From: Amphiscolops sp. MND2022
Taxonomy: Eukaryota
Direction of reading: 5' to 3'
Length of the DNA: 64,000 nucleotides
Assembly: GCA_964187785.1 (NCBI GenBank)
Contig: OZ076409.1
Span: 71,302,001-71,366,000 of the forward strand
A model generated the notes under the pieces. It was not told the DNA's origin. It made no database searches and saw only the letters and a list, made by a program, of their open reading frames with translations. Below, piece after piece: positions 1-13,574 of the stretch. The position numbers and the translations under genes are program-made. Each line of letters begins with the position of its first letter. Within the stretch, counting starts at the first letter, position 1.

Positions 1-680
1 TCGACGGTCTACAGTAGTGAACATAGTCATGAAACCTTGTGGGGGGTAACGGTATATAGCACCGGAAGTCAAACCGTTGGAGACAGCTTAGGTTTTTTGG
101 TTTTAAAATGTCTTTCGGCGTAATTTTTTCGACTCTTGTGGACTATTTTTAAAAATTAAAGTTTTTCCATATAGTTTCAGAGACTCCGAAACCTCAACCA
201 ACATAACCGTTACCTTATGATAGCCTTTCAAGTTGGCCTGGTGTCAACTTGGAAGCGCTATCCTTCTGAAATCGTTAATCAAGAGTGTTTTTGGGTAGGT
301 ATATATTGCATTAGTACCAATTAGAGCTTCATCAACAGTGTATCAACGACAAAAACTATGCCGTCATGATTCCGTTATTAGAATCATAGTGAGCAAATTG
401 TTGAAAAAAATGGTTTTTTCCATACAAAATGTGTCCTAAATGCCAGGAAACCTATTTACCTAACAAATGGTATTAATTGGAATGTTTGTAACAGATTTAT
501 AAAAGTTCAAATTGAATATTACATTTCATTATGGAAGCTGAAACGTCATATTTTAGTTTAATTAACGTCAACGCCACACACTTTACATCAACGCCCACCG
601 TCTGTGGGCATGCCGAGGCATGCCCTTCGACGACGTATACCAAATACATACCCAAACGACGCCCGTACATTCCGGGCTAG
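1..680 (+). mobile_element. Partial non-autonomous cassette (type C-related), right part only
   Basis: Ends in the conserved junction (hairpin 606-625, CTAG 677-680); carries the GATAGC...GCTATC hairpin (~219-262) also seen in type C units (~10865-10907). Confidence 0.7.
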
Positions 681-684
681 GTGG
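586..684 (+). repeat. Conserved junction/terminal motif, copy 1 of 13 (hairpin cores start at 606, 2783, 4977, 7354, 9731, 11120, 13504, 15691, 18072, 20457, 43479, 44873, 46144)
   Basis: CCCACCGTC(C/T)GT-like lead-in + RGGCATGCCGAGGCATGCCY palindrome + TTCGACGACGTAT + 29-40 variable nt + CTAGGTGG, read directly at each position. Confidence 0.95.
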
Positions 685-2858
685 ATGTTATTTTATAATA
701 ATTAAAGTGTTTTTTCCGGAGTTTGTGGCTTTGGAAAAAACAGAAGTCGAGAAATTTGGCACTCCAGGCTGATCCTGTCTAGTCCAAAATATACTATCAA
801 AAATGACCCATTTTTCTCCGATCTCGAAACCCAACCGTAGGATTTGGCTGAAAATTTGCATGTGGCTCCAAGTCAATGAGTGATGAAAAAGTGTAGAAGT
901 GACTTTTCCTGGGAAAATTGTTTTTGTTGCACTTTTTGCGCAATTTTTGGCCGATTGTTGCGTTTTTTATGTCACTTTCGACTTTTCAGGCAAAAAACTC
1001 ATGGATGCTTTGATCCTAGCGCATCAAGTGTTACGACCAAAAAGTTACAACATGTTCTTTTACGTATGCTGAGAAAATTTGGTCGCAATCGTATTACCCC
1101 CCACTGAGATAGAGGGGAACTTCCGGTGGATTTTAGCACCCTGAAAACGAGGACCTCCTCAATTTCAGCAGGAAGCGGTAGTTTTAGCGTTCTCATACCC
1201 TGCTGACGTTTTGTTGGGCATATTGAGTTAGTCATGATATCATGTGTTCAGTTCACCCCCATCACCCCCTGGACCGGAAATGAACTTTTTGTGCACTATC
1301 ATACCGGAAGTCTCCAATTTCAACGTTAAGCAGTCCTTGTACGAGCAACTACCAGGACATCAAAATTGAAGTACCACCTAAAGTCAATGCAGTGACTACG
1401 TGTTGTCCAGTCATAGGTTCCGCAATGACCGGAAATGGGGTCAAATCCCCCTTTTTTGTTGCTTTTTAACAATTTGACTAGTGTTTGGTCCACATTCAAG
1501 TCACATAATTCAATTGAACCAGTGTGAGCATAAACTGTATGTTCACTGCGTAGACGTAACTGACACTGACAGGTACCGGAAGTAACCCCCCCATAACCGG
1601 AAGTTGTCATTTTTGACCGGAAATGGTCCAAAATGTAGCGTAAAATCAGTTTTTCACTGCTTTTTGAAGTCAATTTAATTCATTTTCAATATTGGCGAGC
1701 TTGTATTCAGGTTCGTTTTTGTTACCCGTGCACTTTGCAACAAATATACATCTGTAAAGTTTTCTCCATAATATCTTCGGATAGAGAAATAACGTGTTTT
1801 CGGGACTTTTTTCAAAAATATTACACTATATCTGTCATTTTTACCCAAAGTTTTTCAACAGTACAACCACAGTGGTTAGTCTCTGCCCAAATGTATGCCT
1901 AACAAAACTATTTGGCCCATTGACCTCAGTTTGAGCGTTCCAGCTTTGCGTGGTCATAAGCTAAGGGACTTGAAAAATTTTCAAACTTTTTCAAAAAAAC
2001 AATTTCTCACCTTCATGTCTCCCAAAGTAAAGAAACTTCCACACAACTAGGATTGAAAGTGGATGCATGTGACAAGCCCTATAATTAAAGAAAAAAATGC
2101 CACTAAGAACGTCTCTCTATCGTAACTTGATGTTAACGTATGATACTTTGAATGAGAGCTTGATAAGAGGTCGAGAAGTCAAAGTGTGTAAATGGAACGT
2201 ATGTCTCGTCGAAAACTCATCGGAATACGTTCAATGAACCCCAATTGTCCTCAATTGCAGATGCCTAGTGCAACACCGTCTTTCAGGGACATTTTACACA
2301 ATTCCATAAGTGTCAAAATTATTTTTAAATTCAGTTAGCAAGAAACACTTGAGTACATTCTCATCTGTCCCCAGCGGGTGAGATGAGAATGTTCCTGCTA
2401 AAAACCAGGTACTACGGCCCACTTTTGTTTTGTTGCGACGCATTCTCTGCTTTAGCACATATATATATTTATTTCTCCTGATTTTTTGTACACACTCTAA
2501 CTTGTTATTATAAACTTCTCGTCATTACTTTACATAAATTTACAACGTTATCGTCAACGCCACATACATTTAGACGCCCACCATTCCGTAGGTATGTCGA
2601 GGCATACCTTTGATTACATGTCAAAACGCAAACGCGATAAAAATTGCTGAAATTCAGAAACAGTGACAAACGATTTTGACTATTTGAAGTATGGTAGGTT
2701 TTTTTATGGAACTTACACATCACTGACATTTCACAACATTCCAGCTGACGCCCACATACCAACATCAACGCCCACCGTCCGTGGGCATGCCGAGGCATGC
2801 CCTTCGACGACGTATGCCAATTTATTTCATATCTACACCCAACCGCGGTAGCAGCTAG
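681..2858 (+). mobile_element. Non-autonomous Helitron/Helentron-like cassette 1 (type A start, type C-like middle, A/B-like end)
   Basis: Bounded by conserved junctions; start matches 2859 and 13575; ~870-1680 resembles ~9965-10770; no credible ORF. Confidence 0.75.
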
Positions 2859-5045
2859 GTGGAGGTTATTTTATAATAATTAAAGTGTTTTTTTCCGGAG
2901 TTTGTGGCTTTGGAAAAAACAAAAGGCGAGAAATTGGGCACTCCGGGCTGAACCGTATACACTCAAAATTCGCCCAATATTTATACGATCTCGAAACCCA
3001 GCCGTACGATTTGGCTGAAAATTTGCATGCGGCTAAAAAATCAGATTCTAAGAACTATTTCCTGCTGACATTTTTTTGAAATTTTTGTGTACGTTTCCCC
3101 CCCGCCCCCTAAAGGGGTCAATTTTCCCCAATTTTGCACTTATGAGCCAAATTCTCAAAACTGGTGGATCTGAGCGTATTCCTGGCGGGGACAACTTTTA
3201 ACGCGCGCTCCTCAGTAGACCTTTTTGACTTTTAACTTTGGTGGTACGTTCACCCCCCGAGGAGGAAATGGCGTTTTTGTGACTTCCGGTCGAGGCTTTT
3301 TTCACCCAAAAAATAGAATTAAGCCAATTTTGAGCAGGAAGGAGTGGATTTAAAGTGCCTGTACCCTGCTAAAAATTTGTTGGGCTTGTAGCGATATATC
3401 TCATACCAAGTCTGGTTTTCACCCCCAAACCCCCCTTGGGACCAAAATTCACCCAAACTTTTTTTACCTCTGTTTGTAGTTTTTTTTGCAAAATGTCGTC
3501 ATTTCCATGGGTAAGGAGTTGAATTAGGGGCTCCTAATAGGGTACCAATGTTCAAGTACACTTGCAGTGCAACTGAGTGACCCTTTTGGGGCCTCTCCTG
3601 TGTTCGACGAGGACCGGAAGTGGTGTAAACCCCCCTTTTTTGACGTTTGTTGACCTTGAGACTCGCGCTTAGATGACGTTTATATCGCGCAAATCCTACA
3701 AACCAGTATTAGGATGACATGCTAGCCTACTAGAGAGCACTAAGGGAAACTATACTATACCGGAAGTAACCCCCCGTGACCGGAAGTTGTCATTTTTGAC
3801 CGGAAATGGTCCAAAACATAGCGTAAAAGCAGTTTTCATTGCTTTTAAAGTCAACTTATTACTTTTTTCAGTCTGCGCGAGCTTGTCTTCAGATTCGTTT
3901 TTGTTGTCCGTGCACACTACAACAAATATACATCTGTAGAACTTTTGCTATAATATCGTCGGAGAGAGAAATAACGGGTTTTCGGAATTTTTTTCAAAAA
4001 TGTTTGTCTATATCTATCATTTTTACCCAACGTTATTCAACAGTAGAACCACAGGGGTTAGTATCTGCCAAAATATATGCCTAACAAAACCACTCGTCCC
4101 ATTGGTTGCAGTTTGAGCGTTCTAGTTTTGCCTGGTCACAAGTTGAGGGACTTCAAAAAGTTTCAAATTTTTTTGGAAAATTTTTTTTAAACGTCACGTC
4201 TCCCAAAGTTAAGAATTTTCCACACAACTAGGATTGCAAGAGAATGCACATGGTAAGACCTATAAATGGAGAGAAAAATTCCGTTCAGAACGTCTCTTTA
4301 TCGTTACGTGACGTTAAAAGATGTTGCTTTGAATGTGAATTTGATAATGCGTCGAGAAGTAAAAGAGTGTGAATGGATCCTATGTCTCGACAAATACTCA
4401 TCGCAATACATACGATGAACCCCAATTACCCTCACTTTCAGTTGGCTAGTACATCAGCGTCTTCCAAGGACCGTTTACCTATTTAAAAATTGTCAAATTC
4501 ATTATTAATATCAGTTAGCAAGAAATATTTGAGTACATTGTCATCTCTCCCCATCGGGTGAGATGAGAATGTTCTTGCTAAAAGTCAAGTACTACGGCCC
4601 ATTTTTGTTTTATTGCGACGTTTTCTGTGCCTTAGCACAAGGATACTTTTATGTCATCTCACTTTTGTTATACAATCTGACTTGTTGTTATAAAATTCTC
4701 GTCATTACTTTACCTAAACTTACTACCATGCATCTTTAACGTCAAAGCCAAATTCATTTAGACGCCCACCATTCCGTAGGTATGCCGAGGTATGCCTTTC
4801 GAAGAAGTATGGCAAAACACAAACGGGCAAATGAAAAGGGCTGAAATTCAGAAACAGTCACAAACAATTTTGACTATTTGACCGATGGTAGGTTTTTATA
4901 TGGAACTTACACATCACTGACATTTCAAAACATTCCAGCTGACGCCCACTTACAAACATCAACGCCCACGGTCCGTGGGCATGCCGAGGCATGCCCTTCG
5001 ACGACGTATGGCAAATACCTTTTACGACGTCCCAACTTTCCCTAG
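2859..5045 (+). mobile_element. Non-autonomous cassette 2 (type A)
   Basis: Junction-bounded; closely similar to 13575-15767. Confidence 0.75.
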
Positions 5046-7424
5046 GTGGTCGGGGTGTTTCCCAGCCGTTTTGGCCGCGCGGGGAGGGACCCGTTCAGCG
5101 GCCCAGGTAATTAAGATTTTGTCATTCAAAAAATGACCCATCCGGAAAGCGATTTCGAAACCCACCCGTAGGATCCCTCTGAATTTTTGCATGCACCTCC
5201 GTATAACAGATGTAAGATAAAGTCAGCAAGGGCGTTTTCAGTTCTAAACGGGGAATGTTGACCAAAAAGCGCAATTTATGTCCAAAAAAATGCAATTTTT
5301 CGACTTTTTTATTTTTGACGGCCAACAGCGCTTTTCCAGATGCCCGCCCAAGTCATAAACCGAAGAGAACTTTTGTTGGGCACTTCGTGAAGAATCTTTA
5401 GGGTGATTTTCGTTTCAATCGTATTTGCTGACGTTGACTTTTATGTGACGCAATTAGGTGACAAATTCGGTAAAAAAACGTGATTTTCGGACTCAAGAGC
5501 CCATAACTCATTACAGAGTCAATTTAGCAAGTACACTTATATTTACGTTTTTGTTGCCTATCTATAGGCAAACAATTAAGCAGAAACAAAATTTTCTGTG
5601 AAACATCGTCAAAAAAAGATATCACAGGTTTTAAAAACGCAAAAAATGTACTTTTTTTGCATTTCGTGAAAAAATCTAAAAAGGTGGCATCTACCGGCTG
5701 TTTCAGGTAGCGGGTACTTTATTGCAGTTAATAGCTGACCTTTAGTAGTCATTTACTTGGATGGTTTTTGATTTTGATAAATTGCATGAAAACTTTCATT
5801 TTTTGCCTCACCAATATTGACACCCACGACTACAGTCGATTTTTCGAATTCACGTATTCAACTGGATATAACTTTTTTCCAGAGCGTTTTACGGTCCTCA
5901 CACAGGTGTGCAAAAATGTTGCCCGTCCTAAACAGAAGGCATATGGTGAGTTTAATATGATTTGAGACGTTTTTGAAATGTCCAGAGATGCACAAATTTA
6001 CAGTTTTTTTGCCCCTAAAACACTATTTCACGAAACCCAACACTTTTTGCCAAAAAAGTCAAACTTCGTCCACACAACTTAGATTGCAAGTGGATGCATG
6101 CGGAGAGTACTTGAAATGGCAAGAAAAATGAGCTATAGAACGCTCATTTACGACAACCTGACGTGGACTTAAGTTATTTTGAAAAATCACAAAAAAGAAC
6201 AGCGGTTCCAAAACAATCAGTTTGTAGTAAATGACCAATAACTCCATACACAACCCTCCGCGCAAGATAGTGTACTAGTACGTTTTTATTACCTGTGAGC
6301 AGTGGAACAAATAAGCAAAAGTAAAACTTTATGTAGAAAATCGTCGGGGAAAGAAATAACGGGATTTTAACTCACATTTAAGTGACAAAATTCAAAAATC
6401 AGTCTTTCCATGGCTTTTTCCCTAATAATTTTCGACAATACACCCACAGGGGGTAAACTCTGACTGAACTTGTGCCTACTAAAACTACTTGATCCATTGG
6501 CCGCAAATTAAGCCTTCTAGTTTTCCCAGTCAAAAGTTATGGGACTTCGAAAATTTTCAAAATTTTCATTTTTCAACAAAATTTCAACTTCAGGCCTCCC
6601 AAAGGTAAGAAAAACCCACACAACTAGGATTGCAAGTGAATGCATGTAGAAAATACTCGAAAAGATGTGAAAAATGGGCTTTAGAACGTCTCTCTGTCGT
6701 AACCTGACGTTGACTTATGAAGTTTTGAATGTGAGATTGCTACAGGGTCGAGAAGTCAAAGCGTGTAAGTGGAACATATGTCTCGTTGAAAACTCAACGG
6801 AATACTTTCCATGAACCCCAAACACACTCAATTGCAGTTGCCTAGTGCACCAACGTCTTTCAAGGACCTTTTTTGATAAGTGTCGAAATCATTATTAACT
6901 TCAGTTAGCAAGAAACACTTGAGTACATTCTCATCTCTCCCCACAGGGGGAGATGAGAATGTACTTGCTAAAACGGCCTCCTTTGTTTCCATGCGAGATA
7001 TTCTGTCGCTTTGGCACATAGATGACATTTTGTTTTTCCTTACGTTTCGTTTATACTTTGACTTGTCTTTACAAATTTTCCGTCATTATTTACTTTACAT
7101 AAACTTTCTACCATGCACCATTAACGTCAACGCCACATACAATAAGACGACTATCTTTCCGTAGGCACGTCGAGGCATGCCCTTTGACGACGTATGCCAA
7201 AACACACGCCAACAAAAGTGCTGGAATTCAGAAAGAGTAACAAACATTTTTGACTACTTGACATGTATGTTTTTGTATGTAACTTACACATCACTGACAT
7301 TTCACAACAATCCAGCTGGCGCACTCATACCAACATCAACGCCCACCGTCCGTAGGCATGCCGAGGCATGCCTTTCGACGACGTATGCCTAATCCACTAT
7401 TCCGACGCCCCCTCCTTCCCCTAG
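5046..7424 (+). mobile_element. Non-autonomous cassette 3 (type B)
   Basis: Starts GTGGTCGGGGTG...CCGCGCGGGGAGGGACCCGTTCAGCGGCCC; junction-bounded, ~2.38 kb. Confidence 0.75.
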
Positions 7425-9802
7425 GTGGTCGGGGTGTGTTTCCCAGCCAATTTTGCCGCGCGGGGAGGGACCCGTTCAGCGGCCCAGGTCATTATTTTTT
7501 TACATTAAAAAAAACGATACCCCGGAAAGCGATTTCGAAACCCACCCGTAGGATCCCTCTGAATTTTTGCATACACCTCCGTATAACAGATGTAAGAAAA
7601 AGTCAGCAAGGGCGTTTTCAGTTCTAAACGGGGAATGTTGACCAAAAAGCGCAATTTATGTCCAAAAAAATGCAATTTTTCGACTTTTTTATTTTTGACG
7701 GCCCATAGCGTTTTCCCAGATGCCCGCCCAAGTCATAAACCGGAGTAAACTTTTGTTGGGCACTTCGTGAAGAATCTTTAGGGTGATTTTCGTTTCAATC
7801 CTATTTCCTGACGTTGACTTATGGTTGGGTGAAAAAACGCAACATTTGTCACAAAAAGTGCTTTTGGTACTCAAGGCCCCATAACTCGTGACATAATCAA
7901 TTGAGCAAGTTCGTGTATACCTACGATTTTGTTGCCTATCTCTAGGAGAACAAACAAGGGGATACAAAATTTTCTGTGGGAAATCGTCAAAAAAAGATAT
8001 CACAGGTTTTATACTCAATAAAACAGTGTTTTTCGGTTATCGTGGAAAAAATGTAAAATAGTGGCATTTTTCGGCTGTTTAAGGTAGCGGGTATTTTATT
8101 GCAGTTATTAACTCACCTCTAGTAGTCATTTACTTGGATGATTTTCACTTTTGATAAATTGCATGATAAACTTCATTTTTCGCGTCACCAATATTGACAC
8201 CCACGATTACAGTCAAATTTTTCGCGTTCACGTTTTTGAGTGGATATAACTTTTTTCCAGTGCGTTTTACGGTCTTCATCCAGGAGCACAAAATTGTTGG
8301 CCGTCTTAAGCAGAAAATATATGGTAAGTTTAGAGTCATTTGAAACGTTTTTGAAATGTCCAGAGATGCACAAATTTACAGTTTTTTTGCCCACAAAACA
8401 CTATTTTACGAAACCCAACACTTTTTGCCAAAAAAGTCAAACTTCGTCCACACAACATAGATTGCAAGTGGATGCATGCGGAGAGTACTTGAAATGATAA
8501 GAAAAATGAGCTATAGAACGCTCATTTACGACAACCTGACGTGGACTTAGGATAATTTGAAAAATTACGAAAATAAAGAACAACGGTTCCAAAACAATCA
8601 GTTTGTAGTAAATGGCCAATAACTCCATACACAACCCACCGCGCAAGCTAGTGTCCAAGTACGTTTTTGTTACCCGTGAACAGTGCAACAAATAAGTAAA
8701 GGTAAAACTTTATGAAGAATATCGTCAGTGGAAGAAATAACGTGATTTTATGTCACATTTGAGTGACAAATTTGAAAAATTAGTCTATTCCGGGCATTTT
8801 ACCTAAACTTTTTCGACAGTACACATACAGGGGATAAAATTGGCCAAATATCATGCCTAACAAAACTATTTGATCCATTGGCCGCAATTTGAGCGTTCCA
8901 CCTTTCCCCAGTCATAAATTATGGCACTTCGAAAATTTTCAAAATTTCCATTTTTCAACAAAATTTCAAATTCAGGCCCCCCAAAGGTAAGAAAGTTCCA
9001 CACAACTAGGATTGCAAGTGGTTGCATGTGGAAAGTACTCGAACTGACGAGAAAAATGGGCTTTAGAACGTCTCTCTATCGTAACCTGACGTTGACTTAT
9101 GATGTTTTGAATGTGAGATTGCTACGGGGTCGAGAAGTGTAAGTGGAACATATGTCTCGTCGAAAACTCATCGGAATACATCCAATGAACCCCAATCACC
9201 CTCAATTGCAGTTTCCTAGTGCAACAACGTCTGTCAAGGACCTTTTTTGATAAGAGTCGAAATTATTATTAAATTCAGTTAGCAAGAAACACCTGAGTAC
9301 ATTCTCATCTCTCCCCATCGGGGGAGATGAGAATGTACTTGCAAATTGGCCTCATTTGTTTTCATGCGAGGCATTCTGTGCTTTGGCACACATAGATAAC
9401 TTTGTTTTGTCTGTCTTTTTGCATATACTTTAAATTGTCATTAGAAATTTGCCGACTTTACTTTACGTAAAATTAACTTTCTACCATGCACCTTTAACGT
9501 CAAAGCCACATAAATTTAGACTCCTATCATCGAAAAACATACCGCGGCATCTTTTTCGATGACGTATGCCGAAACACAAATGTGAAAAAAAGTGATGAGA
9601 TTCAGAAACAGTGACAAACAATTTTTACTATTTGACATAAGGTAGGTTTTTATATGGACCTTACACATCACTGATATTTAATAACAATCCAGCTGACGAA
9701 CACATACCAACATCACCGCCCACCGTCCGTAGGCATGCCGAGGCATGCCTTTCGACGACGTATGCCCAATCCATTCCTCCGACGCCCCCACTCCGCCCCT
9801 AG
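7425..9802 (+). mobile_element. Non-autonomous cassette 4 (type B)
   Basis: Junction-bounded; 3' half nearly identical to cassette 8. Confidence 0.75.
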
Positions 9803-11189
9803 GTGGTCGGGTATTTTTTTTACTCGTAGATGGCGTTTGCGAGGCTTTGGGGAGGGCCCCGTGCCGAGCCTGTACCGAAATTTACCACATACCAGAAGTG
9901 TCCGATTTAATCGAGATCTCAAAAACTAACCGTTAGAATTCTCTGAATTTTTGCATGTGGCCCCTAATCAATGAGTAATGAAAAAGTGTAGGAGTGACGG
10001 TTGCTGAAAAACTTGTCTTTGTTGCACTTTTTGCGCAATTTTCGTCGCATTGTTGCGTTTTTTATGTCATTTTCGACTTTTCAAGCAAAAAACTCATAGA
10101 TACTTTGTTCCTAGCGTATCAAGTGTGGAGCACGAAAAGTTGCAGCATCTTCCATTACGTATGCTGAGAAAATTTGGTTGCCCTCGGCTTACCCCCCACA
10201 GAGATAGAGGGGTGCATCCGTGTATTTTTGACCCCTAAATTTGGGAAATTGCTAATTTTCGTAATAAAGCCGTAGATTTAGCGCGTGCACACCCTGCTGA
10301 CGATTTGTTAGGCATTTTGAGATAGATCCGATGACATGCGTTGAGTTCACCCCCATCACCCCCTTGACCGGAAATGAACGTTTTTGTGCACTTTCAGACC
10401 GGAAGTCTCCATTTTCACCGGTAAGGAGGCATTGTACGAGCAACTAGCAGGATATCAAAAGTGAAGTATAACCTGGGGTCAACTTAATGACCACGTGTTG
10501 CCCAGTCATGGGTTTCGCTATGACCGGAAATGGGCTTAAAACCCCCTTTGGTAGTATTTTTATCAATTTTCCTTGTGTTTGGTCCACATTCAAGTTGCGT
10601 AAGTCAGCTGAACCAGTGAGAGCATAAAATATATATTCACTGCGTAGTCGTAACTGACACTGCCAGATACCGGAAGTAACCCCCTGTGACCGGAAGAGGT
10701 CAATTTTGACCGGAAATGGTCCAAAAATAGCGTAAATGCAGTTTTCAATGCTTTTTAAGGTCAAGTTATTATTTTTTTTGATTTGAATGCTTTTTCCACG
10801 CAAAAAGCTAACATCGTTGCATGTTTTGCTGAAGATCGGAAAAGTTATCACCATTATCACCCCCGATAGCCTTTCAAGTTGACCTTTGGTCAATCTTGAA
10901 GGCTATCTGTTCTGAAAACGAAAAATAGTGGAATTTTGTTTCCTCCTTTCTCTTGATATTTTTCCTTCAAGTCAATTTGTCAAAAGAAAGACATTTGTTC
11001 AACTGAGTGATCTGAATCCTGTCCAGAGGTGTCACCAGGACGAATACCATTTCAAGCTGAAGTACACAAATCAGGGTAGTCTTAGACATCACACACTCCT
11101 ACCAACTCCCACCGTCTGTGGGCATGCCGAGGCATGCCCTTCGACGACGTATGCCAAATAGCGCCACTGGGCGCCCAAAAGTTTGCTAG
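9803..11189 (+). mobile_element. Non-autonomous cassette 5 (type C, ~1.39 kb)
   Basis: Junction-bounded; nearly identical to 43552-44942. Confidence 0.75.
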
Positions 11190-13574
11190 GTGGTCGGGGT
11201 GTGTTTCCCAGCCAATTTTGCCGCGCGGGGAGGGACCCGTTCAGCGGCCCAGGTAATTATTTTTTTACATTAAAAAAAACGATACCCCGGAAAGCGATTT
11301 CGAAACCCACCCGTAGGATCCCTCTGAATTTTTGCATACACCTCCGTATAGCGGTTCTAAGAAAAAGTCAGCAAGGGCGTTTTCAGTTCTAAACGGGGAA
11401 TGTTGACCAAAAAGCGCAATTTATGTCCAAAAAAATGCAATTTTTCGACTTTTTTATTTTTGACGGCCAACAGCTCTTTTCCAGATGCCCGCCCAAGTCA
11501 TAAACCGGAGTAAACTTTTGTTGGGCACTTCGTGAAGAATCTTTAGGGTGATTTTCGTTTCAATCCTATTTCCTGACGTTGACTTATGGTTGGGTGAAAA
11601 AACGCAACATTTGTTACAAAAAGTGCTTTTGGTACTCAAGGGCCCATAACTCGTGACATATTCAATTGAGCAAGTTTGTGTACTCTAACGATTTTGTTGC
11701 CTATCTATAGGAGAACAAACAAGCACGAATAAAATTTTCTGTGGGAAATCGTCAAAAAAAGATATCACAGGTTTTATACTCAATAAAACAGTGTTTTCCG
11801 GTTATCGTGGAAAAAATGTAAAATGGTGGCATTTTTCGGCTGTTTAAGGTAGCGGGTATTTTATTGCAGTTATTAACTCACCTCTAGTAGCCATTTACTT
11901 GGATGATTTTCAATTTTGATAAATTACATGATAAACTGCATTTTTTGCGTCACCAATATTGACACCCACGATTACAATCACTTTTTTCGCGTTCACGTTT
12001 TTGAGTGGATATAACTTTTTTCCAGTGCGTTTTACGGTCTTCATCCAGGAGCACAAAATTGTTGGCCGTCTTAAGCAGAAAATATATGGTAAGTTTAGAG
12101 TCATTTGAAACGTTTTTGAAATGTCCAGAGATGCACAAATTTACAGTTTTTTTGCCCACAAAACACTATTTTACGAAACCCAACACTTTTTGCCAAAAAA
12201 GTCAAATTTCGTCCAAACAACTTAGATTGCAAGTGGATGCATGCGGAGAGTACTTGAAATGATGAGAAAAATGAGCTATAGAACGCTCATTTACGACAAC
12301 CTGACGTGGACTTAGGATAATTTGAAAAATTACGAAAATAAAGAACAACGGTTCCAAAACCATCAGTTTGTAGTAAATGGCCAATAACTCCATACACAAC
12401 CCTCCGCGCAAGCTAGTGTCCAAGTACGTTTTTGTTACCCGTGAACAGTGCAACAAATAAGTAAAAGTAAAACTTTATGTAGAGAATCGTGGGAGAAAGA
12501 AATAACGGGATTTTATATCACATTTAAGAGACCAAAGTGAAAAATTAGTCTATTCCTGGCATTTTACCTAAACTTTTTCGACAATACACATACAGGAGGT
12601 AAAATTGGCCCAATATTAAGTCTAACAAAAATATTTGATCCATTGGCCGCAATTTGAGCGTTCCACCTTTCCCCAGTCATAAATTATGGGACTTCGAAAA
12701 TTTTCAAAATTTCCATTTTTCAACAAAATTTCGACTTCAGGCGTCCCAAAGGTAAGAAAGTCCCACACAACTAGGATTGCAAGTGGATGCATGTGAAAAG
12801 TACTTGAATAGACGAGAAAAATGGGCTATAGAACGTCTCTCTATCGTAAGCTGACGTTGACTTATGATGTTTTGAATGTGAGTTTGCTAACGGGTGGAGA
12901 AGTCAAAGTGTAAAAGTGGAACATATGTCTGGTCGAAAACTCATCGGTATACATGCAATGAACCCCAATCACCTTCAATTGCAGTTGGCTAGTGCAACAA
13001 CGTCTGCCAAGGACAATTTTTGATAAGTGTCGATATCTTTATTAAATTCAGTTAGCAAGAAACTCTTGGGTACATTCTCATCTCTCCCCATCGGGGGAGA
13101 TGAGAATGTACTTGCTAAAACGGTCTCCGTTGTTTTCATGCGAGACATTATGGGCTCTGGCAAATAGATAGATAACTTTGTTTCGTCTGACTTTCTGATA
13201 AACGTTGACTTGTCATTAAGTTTCCCGTCGTTACTTTACGCAACATAAACTCTCTACCATTCACCTTTAAATTCAAAGCCACATAGATTTAGAATCCAAT
13301 GATCGAAAAACATACCGAGGCATGTTTTCGACGACATTTGCCGAAAAACAAACGCGAAGAAAACACTGAGAGATTCAGAAACAGTGACAACCACTTCTGA
13401 CTTTTTGACATATGGTATGTTTTTATATGGAACTTACACATCAATGATATTTCGCAACATTCCAGCTGACGCCAACCTACCAACATCAACGCCCACTGTC
13501 CGTGGGCATGCCGAGGCATGCCCTTCGACGACGTATAGCAAATCCACCCCTCCGACGCCCCCGCCTAACTCTAG
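11190..13574 (+). mobile_element. Non-autonomous cassette 6 (type B)
   Basis: Junction-bounded; nearly identical to cassette 9. Confidence 0.75.

Noticed and set aside
10865..10907. Type C GATAGC...GCTATC stem as a second HDV-like ribozyme
   Set aside because: Simple hairpin without P1, P3 or L3 elements
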